From: Prasinococcaceae sp. CCMP 1430
Taxonomy: Eukaryota > Plantae > Prasinodermophyta
Reading direction: 5' to 3'
DNA length: 37,726 nt
Assembly: GCA_013416795.1 (NCBI GenBank)
Contig: RQSC01000267.1
Location: 1 to 37,726 of the forward strand
This document shows, piece by piece, positions 1 to 11,677 of this stretch (its first letter is position 1; each line of letters starts with the position of its first letter). A program made the translations under genes and the position numbers. The notes beneath the pieces were generated by a model. The model made no database searches and was not told the DNA's origin. It was given only the letters and a program-made list of their open reading frames with translations.

Positions 1-533
1 TGGGTGCGCTCGCGGCGCGCACGCTGTGGCGCCCCGCCGGCGGCCGCGCCTCCCCGCCCCGCCCGGAAAGCCCCGGCTGCCCAACTGCCCACAGCCGCCG
101 CGGCCAGCACACGGCGACGCGACACAGCACAGCACAGCACAGCACAGGACAACACGACGGCAGGGACACGGGCTGAATGCCGGAAGCGCTCGGTCGTTTG
201 TGCTGTAATTAGGGTTTAGTTCGACCAAACAAAATGAACCCTACGTACTATCACTCACCCCAAAGTTTGGACCAACCCCAACGAACAGCAGCTGCGGCGC
301 GCTGCGCGCGCCCGGGCACACCGCGCGCGCCACTCTCGGCGGCCAGGGGTGGGCAATCTGGTGGGCGGCAACGCGAGGCGGCTGCGGCCGCCTCCGCCTC
401 CGCCTCACGCATGCATGCATGCTCGCGCACGACCCAGCACTTGCCGTGCGACGCGCCAGAGTACAAGGAAAAATTGGTACTACAGTGCAGTTGGCGGCAG
501 GTGGAGCGTGTGGCGCCGCTCGGAGTCGAGATG

Positions 534-1656
534 TCAGAGAGGGCACGCGCCGATCATGTTGCCGTCGTCGTCGAATCGGTACACCACCGTGCCGCTGGTA
601 CCCGCCGAGGCGCCCGGAGGAGGGCTGGCGCGCCAAAGCCCCGCGAGCCCGCTGCCGATCACCGAGTGCATGGTCGCCGATATGGCGCACGGCACAGCGG
701 TGAGGGGGTTGGAGAAGTGCGCCTTGGCGAGCACGACGCCCAGCGCACTGTTCTGCATGCCCACCTCGATGGACATGGTGCGCCGCGTCGCCTCGTCGAA
801 GCCCAGCAGGCGCGACGTCGCGTAGCCGAGCGCGAACCCCGCCGTGTGCAGCAGGCAAACGGCGGCGAGCAGCGATCCGCCCGCCGTCAGAATGGCCGCC
901 TGGTTCTGACCGATGATGGACGCGCAGATGAGCGCCACGCAAACCACCGCCACCAGCGGGCTGAACGGCGTCGCCACGGCGACGGCCCGAGGAGCGAAGC
1001 GCTGCAGCGCCAGACCGGCCGCAGTAGGCGCGAGCACGACCTGCAGCGTCGACAGGAGCATCGCGGGCGCGTCGACGGCGACAAGCGCACCAGCGAGCTG
1101 GGCGGTGAGAGCGGGCGTGAAGACGACCGCCGCCGCCGTTGAGATGGTCGTCAGCGCCACGCTGAGAGCCACGTTTGCGCGCGCGATGTACGTGACCACG
1201 TTGGACGCCGTGCCGCCCGGGCAGCACGAGACGAGAATGAGGCCAACCGCGAACGGGGTCGGTAGCGCCAGCAGTTTACCCACAGCATAGCCCAGCATTG
1301 GCATGATGGTGTACTGCAGTGCAGCGCCCGCCACCACCTTGCTTGGAGTCTGCGCCACCGCGGCGAAGTCGCTCGCGCGGATGGTCAGCCCCATGCCGAG
1401 CATGGTGACGGCGAGCGCGCGCGTGACGGCCTCGCCGGCGAACCACGTGACAGCGGGCGGGTGCGCCATGCCCACTACCGCACCCGCGACAACCCACACG
1501 GGGAACGCCTGCGCGAGCCGCTCGGCGAGCCTCGCCGCTCCGCCGCGCGCCACCGCAGGCGGGGCTGCAGCAGCAACGCTCTGCGCCCGCACGGGCGCGC
1601 GCGCGGTCGCAGCGGAGCTACCGCGCGCGGCCCCCTCGGATGTCATTGGTGCTGCC
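534..1656 (-). CDS. Bile acid:sodium symporter (BASS/SBF) family plastid Na+/metabolite transporter; 5' end runs into the N gap
   Basis: Multi-TM protein with BASS signatures TMLGMGLT, QYTIMP, GLILVSCCPGGTASNVVTYIA, SIEVGMQNSALG; stop TGA at 536-534. Frame open up to the gap (a possible Met lies at 1646). Confidence 0.92.
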
Positions 1657-2099
1657 NNNNNNNNNNNNNNNNNNNNNNNNNNNNNNNNNNNNNNNNNNNN
1701 NNNNNNNNNNNNNNNNNNNNNNNNNNNNNNNNNNNNNNNNNNNNNNNNNNNNNNNNNNNNNNNNNNNNNNNNNNNNNNNNNNNNNNNNNNNNNNNNNNNN
1801 NNNNNNNNNNNNNNNNNNNNNNNNNNNNNNNNNNNNNNNNNNNNNNNNNNNNNNNNNNNNNNNNNNNNNNNNNNNNNNNNNNNNNNNNNNNNNNNNNNNN
1901 NNNNNNNNNNNNNNNNNNNNNNNNNNNNNNNNNNNNNNNNNNNNNNNNNNNNNNNNNNNNNNNNNNNNNNNNNNNNNNNNNNNNNNNNNNNNNNNNNNNN
2001 NNNNNNNNNNNNNNNNNNNNNNNNNNNNNNNNNNNNNNNNNNNNNNNNNNNNNNNNNNNNNNNNNNNNNNNNNNNNNNNNNNNNNNNNNNNNNNNNNNN
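1657..2099. other. Assembly gap (443 N)
   Basis: Run of N. Confidence 1.
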
Positions 2100-2157
2100 G
2101 CCCGCCGCGCACTCGCCGCGCGCCTGCCGCGCGCGCCAACCGCGCGCCGCCGCAGAA

Positions 2158-4372
2158 ATGTACAGCGACTCCGACTCCAGCGACGGTGGAGTCGAAGAAG
2201 AGGAGCAGGAGTGGGAGGACGGGCAGAGGTTCAAGGATGCCCTCCTCAGCGGCGAGGTCCCGGTACGTGCGCTGCGTGCGGGCGCGCCCGTGTGCTGCGC
2301 CCGCGAGACGCGTCAAGAGTAAGCACTTTCACACACGCGAATTGAATTTTCGCGTGATGCGACAGCTGAGCGCGCACGTGCGCGAGCGCATGCACGGCGC
2401 ATGCGCCGCGTGCTTCTGCGTGTGCGCACATGCGCGTGTATGTGTGCATGCGTGGTGCGTGTGCGACCTGGCGCGCGAGCGGGTGTGTGCGCAGGCGGAC
2501 GGGCGAGCGAGCAGCCGGGTTGGCAGGCGGTCGGGCGAGCGGCGGCCAGGGGCGTGCGTGCGTGCGTGGGTGCATGAATTCATCATGTGCGTGCATTTCG
2601 CCTGCGCTGACATTGCCACCACGCTTGTGTGCACACAGCTCATGTACGCGCCGGGCTCAACGACACGCATCAAATGCCCGATCGACAGCTGCAGGAACCA
2701 GAAGGGCTGGCCGCTCGACGACCTGATCAACCACGCCAAGGACTTCAAGAAAAAGTTAGTCCCCGAGCACCGCGCACTCCACCATGCGCTCGTCAGCCTA
2801 CCTCGGTCGCGCATCCTCAAGCTGATCCGAGAAGGCGGGGCAGGAGGTTCACAGCAAGGTCCGCAGGGCGCACACATGGAACGCGGCTTCGCCCCAGCGC
2901 CGCTGAATGCCAGCACAACATGGGGCCGGCGGGTTGTGGTGCAGGTCAGCCCCACATCGGATGACTTCAGCCGCAGCGACTTCCTCGAGATGGTCAACAA
3001 ATGGTCTCGAGGCTCCCTCAAGCACTTCAACGTGGACGGCCTCACATTGTACACGGAGTGGCGGTCCGAGGAAGCAGCGCGCACTGCTGCTCAGATGCTC
3101 GCGCAGGAGGATGAGCTCAAAGACGTGCGCATGGCAAGCGCAACAGAAGACGATGACTGCTGCTTCATGACGGCACGGCAGAAGGAGCGCAGGCACGAGG
3201 CGCAGAGACTGAAGAAGCTGAGAGCAGCAGTCGCCTCTGCCAGGACCCAGGACGAGTTGGCAACGCAGACGAAGCTTGTGAGAATGGAGCAGGCCCTTCG
3301 AAGGGCCGAGGCGCGCGCAGCGGAGTCGGAACGTGCCCTCGAGGCTGCGAAGGAGCAAATCCACCAGCACGCAGAGGACCGCAATCTCGCAGAGCGGCAC
3401 CTGGGGGAAGCGCAGGAGACCATCCATCAGATGCACTTGCAGCTTGCTGCAAGCTCCCAAGCGAACGCGTTGGCCCTGCAACAGCAGCAAGCGGACGCCG
3501 ACAAGCTTCGTCGAGATGTCGAGCAGCGCTTGCAACAGCTCGCGCTTGACCAGGTCCAGTCAGACCAACATCGCGCCGCCATGACTGAGCTACAGCACCA
3601 ACTGCGCGAAGCCAAGCTTGACGCGAGGCGCTGCAGATCAGAGTGCGAGGATGCCAAGCAGCGAGCTGGTGCGAGCGAAGTGAGAGCTGCTAACGCCGAG
3701 GAGAGGTCGGTTGTGTTGCGCCACACGAGCTTGCCTTGCGATGGCGTCCCCTCTGATCCGCTCGTGCCAACGTGCCCACCGGCCTGACACCCCCTCCCAT
3801 CGCCACACAAAACTCGCAGCGATAGATGCAACAAGGACCTCCTTCGCGACGCGTCTCGCAGCCTGGAGCGATCGAGGCAGACGGAAAGGAAGGAACGGGC
3901 GCGCTTCGCAGAGGAGCTCAGGGCGCAGAAAGCCGAGTCCGATGCAGCGACGAGGCGTGCAGACGAGTGCGAGGCAGAGCTCTCAACACACAAGGCGAAA
4001 ATGGCAGAACTCGACAAAGAGTTCGCGTCCATGCAGGTGCGAGCAGAGGAGGCGGAGAAGCGCGCCGCCGATGAGGCAGGAGGTCAGTGTCAGATGTGTC
4101 TTGAGCCATTGAGAGAGCATCCCTGTGCTGCTTATTATCCCTGCGGGCATGTTTACCACGTTCATTGCGCGAAGACGTGGAATAAGAACAACCCGACTAC
4201 GCAGATGGGTACGTGCCCGCAGTGTGGTGCGAGCACGAAGTGTCTTCCCGTCGCTCAAAAGGATGGCTCCTCAGCAAGGCGAGCACCTGAGGAGAAGGCA
4301 CGTTGCTGTTGTAGCGCGAAGCCCTGTGTGCGCTCGCAGCCGCAATCGCAAGAATTCCAAATTTTCGACTGA
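2158..4372 (+). CDS. SGS3-like zf-XS + RRM/XS-like + coiled-coil protein with C-terminal RING-H2 (574 aa, 3 exons)
   Basis: Exons 2158-2262, 2639-3705, 3820-4372 (1725 nt, phases compatible). Donors GTACGT and GTCGGT, CAG acceptors, CTGAC branch sites. Motifs: CPIDSC..W.L..LINHA..HRAL (2675-2791), RRM-like beta-alpha-beta-beta-alpha (~2924-3110), long heptad region, RING-H2 CxxC..CGHVYHVHC..CPQC (4088-4225). Confidence 0.75.
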
Positions 4373-4529
4373 CATCGTGAGCTGCGCATCTGCCGACTCG
4401 CAGTGCATCTTGAACCTCTTCTTCCCGTAATAGGGTTCCCGTAGCGAATGCTTGGACATGATGTTGCTGCTAAGGGTGCGATTACAGTGCAAGAAGACGC
4501 AAGCGCAAGGTTGCGTGGCGCGCGTGTGT

Positions 4530-4545
4530 AAACCCTAAACCCTAA
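4530..4545. repeat. Interstitial telomere-like tract (AAACCCT)2AA
   Basis: aaaccctaaaccctaa. Confidence 0.8.
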
Positions 4546-5230
4546 TTATGTTACTGTACTGTACAGTACAAGGGCGCTGCTAGCTAGGCAACCTCTGCGC
4601 TTGCGTCTGTCACCCCAGTAACGTAGCATTGGGAAGGCGCACGTTCGAGTACCCTGTCTACAAAGACCGCTTCGCCTCACCACAAGACCTGCTCATGCCC
4701 CGCACCGGAGAGCGCGGCTACTGCATGGCCTGGTGTCGTCGCTTCGGGCTTCAGTCGACGCTCGTCTCTCCGGACGCCCCACATGCTCCTTCGTGCCACT
4801 CTGCAGCAGGCATCAACGGCGCCCACACCACGGTCTGCACGTCGACTGCTGGCTGCCGCTATGCCCTCGCAAGCAGCACCAGCCACCCCCCGCCCTCCCC
4901 GGCGGCGCTCGGCTCGCATTCGCGGCCAGGCCTGCCACGGCGAGGGAGGGTGGGGCGACCTGCAGTATTGCTCGAGCCCTGCAGGGGCTTTGCCGAGAGG
5001 CCCAAGGGCCCGCTCCCCCGAGGGGGCGGGTCACGTCTCCCACGGCCCCCCAGGCTAGAGGGGAGGGGGTGACACAAGGAGTGCTGTGGAACGTCTCAAG
5101 TGTGGCCCCTAGCGAGAGGGGCCCCGATCTTACCGTTGCGGCGCGTGCGCGCAGCGCACGCGCGCGTACGCGCAAGATTCCGCTCGGGGAACCGCGCGGC
5201 GGATAAGATCGCCTGAACCCTGCCTGTGTA

Positions 5231-5269
5231 CCCTAACTAGGTTAGGGTTAGGGTTAGGGTTTAGGGTTT
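5231..5269. repeat. Interstitial telomere-like tract CCCTAA-CTAGG-(TTAGGG)3-TTTAGGG-TTT
   Basis: Read directly; mixes TTAGGG and TTTAGGG units. Confidence 0.85.
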
Positions 5270-5543
5270 GCGACATGTTTGTGCCTTTCACTCCCGGCTC
5301 ATTGAAGCCACCGTCAAGGACCGCTGCAAGCGCTTCCTCGACGACTCCGCCAACTACTTCCTAGACACACGCGCGATACGCAACCTCGCGCTTGCGTCTT
5401 CCCGTAGTAGGGTTCCCGTAGCGAATGTTCGCACATGATGTTACAAGGGCGCTGCTAGCTAGGCAACCTGTGCGCTTGCGTCTGTCACCCCAGCTGCTGC
5501 TAGGGAGCCCAGTAAGGTAGCATTGGGAAGGCAAACCTCATTG

Positions 5544-8500
5544 TCATTCGCAATACTGGGCGACGCAACGAGTGGCAAAATTCTTGGTGTCCAGGGCGCA
5601 GATGCGCTTGTTGCCCTTCCGCACGTAGTGCCTGCCCTTACCGCAGGACAAATCGGTCCAGGCGTACGCCTTGTCGTAGCCGCATCCGGTGCGCGAAGTG
5701 ATGGGGTGCTCATCAAGCGTCGGCAGACGCGCGCCCGCGTCGCCGCAGAACGCCTGCGCCTCCTCGAAGGAGCCCTTGAAGCACTCGCCATCGGGCTTGG
5801 ACGCTGCGCACAGCTTGGCCACATCATCGAACCTCCACGCCTTCTGGTCGTCCTGCTGCTGGCAGCACACCCCGGCAGGGGAGGAGCCGTCGACCCCGTC
5901 GTCGCCGTCGGCCGGCGTGGTCTTCCCGCCCTCGTCGCCTTCGCACGTGGGCATGCAGCACCTCACACCGAACTTGCGCCCCGCCGCGGCGCACACAGAG
6001 GGCCCACCGTCGCCGCGGCGCGCGATGAACTTGTTGGCGCCGGCCTTGCCGGCCTTGCCGCAGGTCTCGTTAGTCCACACGAACTTCTTGTCGAGACCGC
6101 AGCCGGTGCCGATCGCCGCCGACACGAGCGCATCGGCCGAGCACAGCTCGGCGCCCTCGTCGGCGCAGATCTGCTCGGCGGCCGCCCAGCCCTTCGACTT
6201 GAAGCAGCGGTTGCCCTTCTTGAGCTTGGAGGCGCCGCACATGTCCCCCGACACTTTCCAGTCGGGCTGGTCGCGCTCGCAACACTGGCCTCTTTCGAGA
6301 CGCGTTGGCGTGGGCGTGGGCCTCGGCGTGGGCTTGTTGGTCGGTGACTTGGTCGGAGCGGTTGTGGGCGTAAGCGTAGGCCTTGGCGTGGGACTGGAGG
6401 TGGTGGGCGACTTCGTCGGGCTCTTCGTAGGCGAGTGCGTTGAGGTGGGGGACTCGGTGGGCTTGTACGTGGGCCGCTTGGTGGGGGCCTTTGTTGGCGG
6501 CGGCTGCACGGGCGCCTTGGTCGGCTGCTTGGTCGGCATGGGCGTGGGCTTGGGCGTGGGCTCGTCCGCGGCGGTGGGCGACTTGGTCGGCGACTTGGTG
6601 GGGCGGTCCTTGGGAGGCAGCGTGGGCGCCTTGGTGGGCGACGCCGTCGGGAGCGCTGGGCAGTGCGTGGGGCCAACTGGCTCGCCACACGAGATGTAGG
6701 ACTTGCGCTCGCAGCCGGCGGGCTTGCAGAAGCACTCGGTGGGGTCAACAGGGCCCTTGCCCGGCGGACCGCCGCACTCGACCGTGGCGCCCTCGCGCTC
6801 CAGGCACGGCATGTCCACCTCAAAGAGCGCCGAGTTGTCCTCGAAGAGCACGAGCGCGTCAGGGGTGGCCAATTCGACAAGCGACTGCAGGTTGACGGCG
6901 TCGAGCGCGTGCTCCTCGGTGACCACGAAGACGCCGGCGTCGCACCGGTTCAGGTTGAACTCGTGCCTGCCGCACGACGAGTGGCACGGGCTGACGCCCG
7001 AGCAGTCGCGGTGCGTCGGGCCCACGGCCTCGAGCTTGGGCGTCACGATGGTGTAGAGCATGGTGGCGTTGCGCACCACGAAACCCTCGCCATTCTCGCT
7101 GCAGACGCAGCGGCCCTCCCACACCGGGCGCGGCAGGTAGTGCACGTGCTCGAGCGCGGGCAGGTAGAGGCAGGGCAGCACGGTGTTCACGATGCTCAGG
7201 TCGCCCGCGGTCGAGATGAGCGAGCTCAGGTCGAGGTCGGTCAGGCGGTAGTCGTTCTCGAAGGAGACGCTCGAGGAGGGGGGGTCCACACCCACCGGGT
7301 AGACGTGCTTGAGCGCGCCCAGGTTGACGGTGGTGAGCTCGGGGTTGTCCTCGATGTCGATCTTCGAGGTGAGCACGAGGCTGCCGAGCTGGATGGTACG
7401 CAGCGCGTCGTTGTCCTCCACCTCGGTCTCGCCCTGGACGAAGACGAGCTTGGGCGCGCCGAAGTACATCAGGGCCATGTTGTCGTCCACCTCGAGCTCG
7501 CGGTCGATGGTGCCGGGGCCGAACTGCGAGCTGTACTCGCCGCCGCCGACCACGACGAGCTCGGGCAGGGCGAGGTACTCGAGGGCCTCGTTGTTGTCCA
7601 CCTCAATGGTGCCGGCCGTCACGAGGCTGCCCAGGTGCACGCGCTTCAGCATGGGCAGGTACTCGAGCTCGAGCTCGCCCAGCACGGCCTTGAGAGCGCT
7701 GAGGTCGATCTCCTCGATGAACGCCTGCTGCCTCTCCCTGTCCTCGCCGCTGAGTTGGTCGATGCCGGCCTTCTCGCCGCCCACCACGACGAGCGCCGAC
7801 AGGTCGAGCACGGGGCCCAGCAGGCGCAGGTCCTCGATGTACAGGTTGTCGCGCACGGCGCGCAGGCCGCTGAGGTCGAAGGACGCGAGGAGCATGTCCG
7901 GGTTGTCGCACGGCGCGTGCTCGGTGACGTCTTCGTTGTCGTCGCTGCAACGGGCGGCGGCGCGGGTCAGCGCATGTCCCGGCAGCGCACCAAGCAAGGT
8001 CCGCGCGCAGCGCGCGCGAGCGGGCGCGCCGCGCACCAGTTCCACAGCCGCAGGTCGTCGCCGACGTAGACGAGGTCGCGCGCGGTGAACTCCACGAGGT
8101 TGTACGAGCCGATCACGTGGAAGTCCTCGACGGTCCCTGCAGGTGAGGCAGGTGGATGGAGCCCACGTCGTCCTCCGCCTTGGACTCGATGTCGTAGGCC
8201 ACCTTGCAGCCCGCCTCGGCCACCTCGTGCAGCGTGTACTCGGGTTCGCAGTCATCGGAGTCGTCGCAGGCCTCGCGCAGCTTCTCGTAGTAGCAGAAGA
8301 CGTCGTCCGAGCCGATGCCCGCGCCGCACGGCTGCGTGGGCGGCAGGCACTGCGAGGACACGGCGTTGTCAAAGTTGTTGCACTCGCACTGCGTGATGTC
8401 CGCGCAGTCGAGCGAGGCGACCTCCTCGAGGCACTGCAGCTCCACGATGGGCAAGTTCTTGTTGCCCACGATGTCCACGTGGCCGGTCACGTTGCGCAGC

Positions 8501-10167
8501 GCGGTCAGGTCGAGCAGCTCCATGCGGTAGTTGTCGGTGACGGTGACGAAGGCCGGCGTGGTGTAGTAGTACTCGTAGTCGAAGATCTCCTCGAGGTGCG
8601 GCATGACGCTCATCACCAGCTGGTAGTTCTTGGAGACCATGAGGCCGCCGTAGATGACCTCCAGGCGCGGCGCGAAGACGAAGCGCAGCGCGTCGTTGTA
8701 GGTGATCACCACGTTGCCCCACACGCGCCAAAGGGCGTCGAAGTTCAGCGCGAGCAGCGCCGGGTTGGCGCTCACGTCGATCGAGCCGCCGACGGACACG
8801 ACGTCGCGCAGCACGACCGTCGCCAGCTGGTCGTTCTCCCTGATCTCGATGGTGGGCAGGTCCATGTCCTCGTCGCGGTAGCTGCAGCTCGAGTGCTCGA
8901 AGCACGCGCCGCACCCGAGGTCGGTCGCCCAGTGGCACAGGTCGGCGTACTCCGGGTTGAAGCCCTCGCGCGTGCACGAGCCGTGCTCGGAGTCGTCGTA
9001 GCACGTCTGCGCGCCGGCGAGCCAACACAGGCCGCACACGACGGCGGGCGGGTGGGCGGCGAGCAGCGACTCGGCGCCGGCGTAGACGAGGTGCGGGTTG
9101 TGCTCGACGCTGAGACGGCCGAGCAGGAAGAGCATCTCGCGCAGGTCGAGCGCAGCCAAGCGCGCGTTGTCGCGCACGATGATGTCGTCGGTCACCACGA
9201 GCACATTGGAGAGCGTCGCCAGCGAGGCGAGCGCGCGGTTGGTCTCGAAGAGGATGTCGCCGTTCACGGCGCGCAGCGAGGAGAGGTCCACGGCCTCGAG
9301 CGCGTCGGTGCGCACGACCTCGAGGTCGCCGTTGACGAAGAGGAGCTTGCCCATGTCCACGACTGGGCCGAGGAGCGGGTGCTTGGCAATGCGCAGGCCG
9401 CCGGGGGCCTTGAGCCTGTAGGGCGCCTTGCCGAAGGTGTCGGGGTCCACCACGGCAGCGCCGCGGTAGTCGATGGCCTCGGCGGTGATGTTGCCCAGCG
9501 CCTCGCGCCACGCGGCGAGGAAGTCGTCAGTGGAGTCGGCGTCGGGCGCGAAGGCGTCGGGGAGGGAGGTCACCGGCGTCGGGATGGCCTCGACGACGTC
9601 GGCGCCCATCGACATGCTGAGGCCGCCGCCCTCGCCGCCCGACAGCCACCAGTCGTCCGCGCCGTACGGGCAGTTGTAGCCGAACACTGCCCTCAGCGAG
9701 CGCAGGTCGAGGTGCTCGAGCGCGCTGGAGCCGTCGTGGCGGCCCTCGATCTCGACCTTGCCCTCGACGGTCCGGAGACCTGAGAGGTCGATCCCCGTCA
9801 CGTGGGTGGTGGACACCTCGAGGTTGGCGTACGTCCCGCAGGGCGCGCGGTTGGGGGTCACGATGGAGCGCAGCTTTGACGCGTCGATGAAGCCCTCGTC
9901 CTTCTTGCCGATGCCCGCGCTGGTCACGTTGCCGTAGACGATCGTGCAGCCACGGTGCGCGACCTCGGCCAGCGTGTAGCCCTCCGGAGTAGGCGGGGCG
10001 TTACAGACGACGCGGTCGCGCGGCGGCAGCGGGCCAAAGTCGCCAGTGATGGCGTCCTGCGGCGCGTCCTCGGCGCGCGCAAGGCCGGCGCCGGCCACAG
10101 CGGCGAGCGCGGCCGCCGTCGCGAGGCGCGAGGTGCGCCCGCGCCCGCGGTGGGGCGGCGCGCTCAT
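5544..10167 (-). pseudogene. Copy A of secreted receptor-L-domain/LRR-like + Pro/Thr stalk + tandem Cys-rich protein; 1-nt frameshift (pseudogene or base error)
   Basis: ATG 10167, intron 8036-7945 (GTGCGC..CAG), stop 5546-5544. Relative to copy B one G is missing between 8135 and 8136, giving TGA at 8115-8113. Confidence 0.65.
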
Positions 10168-10661
10168 GGCGGCGGGCGCAACGAACCTCGCGAGTACGGG
10201 TTGAGATGGATGCACGCGTGGGGGGCGAGGAGGGGGAAGTGCAGGAGGCGCACGGTGCGTCACCGTGCGCGGGTGTGCCACCGCGCCGCGCTTTGCGCGC
10301 TCCGCATCCGACGCGCGCGCGCGCGCGCGCAGCCGGCAGCGCCACCGCTCATCCCGCCATTGCTGACGATGATGCACGGCGCCACACACGACGCGGCCGC
10401 ACGCGCCTCACGTCGGAGCACCAGCACCAGGGCAGTCGCCCAGCCTGCTACGCGCGCGCGCGCGCAGCCCGCCGCGCGGCCGCAGGCGGCGCGGGACGGC
10501 AGCACAGGACGGCGCGCGGGCGCGGCCTCGGGGGGCGGGGGCTGCGAGCGCCGGCACGGGAGGGAGGTGGAGAAAGGCGGGGTGGGACGGGGCGTGGCAA
10601 GAGCGAGCGAGCGTGTGTGTGTGTGTGTGTGCGTGCGTGCGTGTGTGTGTGACACGGCGCG

Positions 10662-11404
10662 ATGGCTGCCGCGTCGGCGGGAGCGGCCACCCGCCTGCTG
10701 TTGGGGGCGGCCGCCCGGGGCAGGCGGCGCCGCGCGCGTCCTGCCACGTGCGCCGGGCGCCGCGGCGTCTGCCGAGGCGCCGATGCCGACGCCCCCGAGC
10801 GTGCCAGCGCCGCCGACCTGAAGCTCATTGTGACGGAGGATGGACGCCTCGTGTCGGACGAATTGCCCCCGGGGACGTACACGGTGGTGCGTTCGAGGCG
10901 CGCGCACCCGGTTGTCCCACCGCCCGCACTTGCGCGCCGTCGCTCGCCCCTCGCTCGGCCCTGGCTGTTGAGGCGCGCGGGCGCTTGCGCCCAGAGGTGC
11001 TGACCCAACCCGCACCCACAACAACAACAACAACAACAACATCATCATCATCATCAACACACGCACGCACGCAGCACGCGTGGTGGGGCGGCCTGGGCAA
11101 GGCGCACGACCTGTCGAGCGCCGGCGCGCCCGCGTGCGACGCCCAGACGCAGTCAAACTGCGTGGTGTTCGCCTCGCTGCTCGACGAGAGCAACCTGCTG
11201 TGCGAGGGCCTGCCGGAGGGCGAGTACGCCGTCCTCGCGTCGAGCGACGGCGCCAGCGGCGAGGAGGTGTGCCACATCACTGAGGACGGCGCCATCGAGT
11301 GCGACGCCCTGCCCCCGCCCGCTGACGACGCGCCCGGCGGCGGCGACGCCAAGGGGGGCAGCGCGCACACCAAGCGCGGGCCGCGGATCAGGCTCGGCGG
11401 GTGA
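10662..11404 (+). CDS. Small protein (184 aa), putatively plastid-targeted, with three internal xTEDGxLxCDxLPxGxY-like repeats
   Basis: Exons 10662-10886 and 11075-11404 (phase 0; GTGCGT donor, GCTGAC branch, GCAG acceptor). Arg/Ala-rich, acid-poor N-terminus. Confidence 0.65.
11018..11056. repeat. Intronic compound microsatellite (CAA)n(CAT)n
   Basis: Read directly. Confidence 0.9.
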
Positions 11405-11677
11405 CCGCTTGGGCGTGCGGACACATGCGCGCGCGACGATCGACTTTCGCGTGCTCCGTCTCTCTGCGTGTGCCTGTTTTGTGTGCGTCGTGTGGGCCGT
11501 GGGTCTGTGGCAGGGCAGTACGCCCCGTCAATGAAAGCTTCTTTAAATGCCACCACCATGATTACGTGCTGCCCCGTAGGAGCGTCACCGTTGTTGGCGT
11601 GTGACCTCGCGTCCCGCGCGCCGCGCGCGATTTCGCAAGCAGCACCCGCGGCCTCGTTCGCGCGTTCGTCGGCGCAG

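Larger units (their letters stand above)
4421..5532. repeat. Mosaic of direct and inverted repeats with telomeric tracts (possible non-autonomous element)
   Basis: 4421-4465 ~ 5398-5442 (direct); 4567-4637 ~ 5442-5532 (direct, with a ~20-nt insert in the second copy); 4494-4529 is the reverse complement of 5365-5400 (33/36). Confidence 0.8.

Noticed and set aside
1303-2345. ORFs in the track that span the N gaps (also 28412-30390)
   Set aside because: Artefacts of translating N as X; only the flanking real sequence was interpreted.
4530-4545. Telomerase RNA template
   Set aside because: The tract is over two repeat units and embedded in a repeat mosaic; no Pol III USE/TATA arrangement or conserved TR elements were recognisable.
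4629-5206. ORFs 4629-5072 (TTG start) and 4733-5206, plus a coding-looking snippet LIEATVKDRCKRFLDDSANYFLD near 5300-5366
   Set aside because: No recognisable family, short, and inside the repeat mosaic; could be decayed element ORFs but cannot be supported without a search.
5231-5266. Telomere-telomere fusion scar
   Set aside because: Fusions read (TTAGGG)n then (CCCTAA)n; here the order is the opposite and there is only one CCCTAA.
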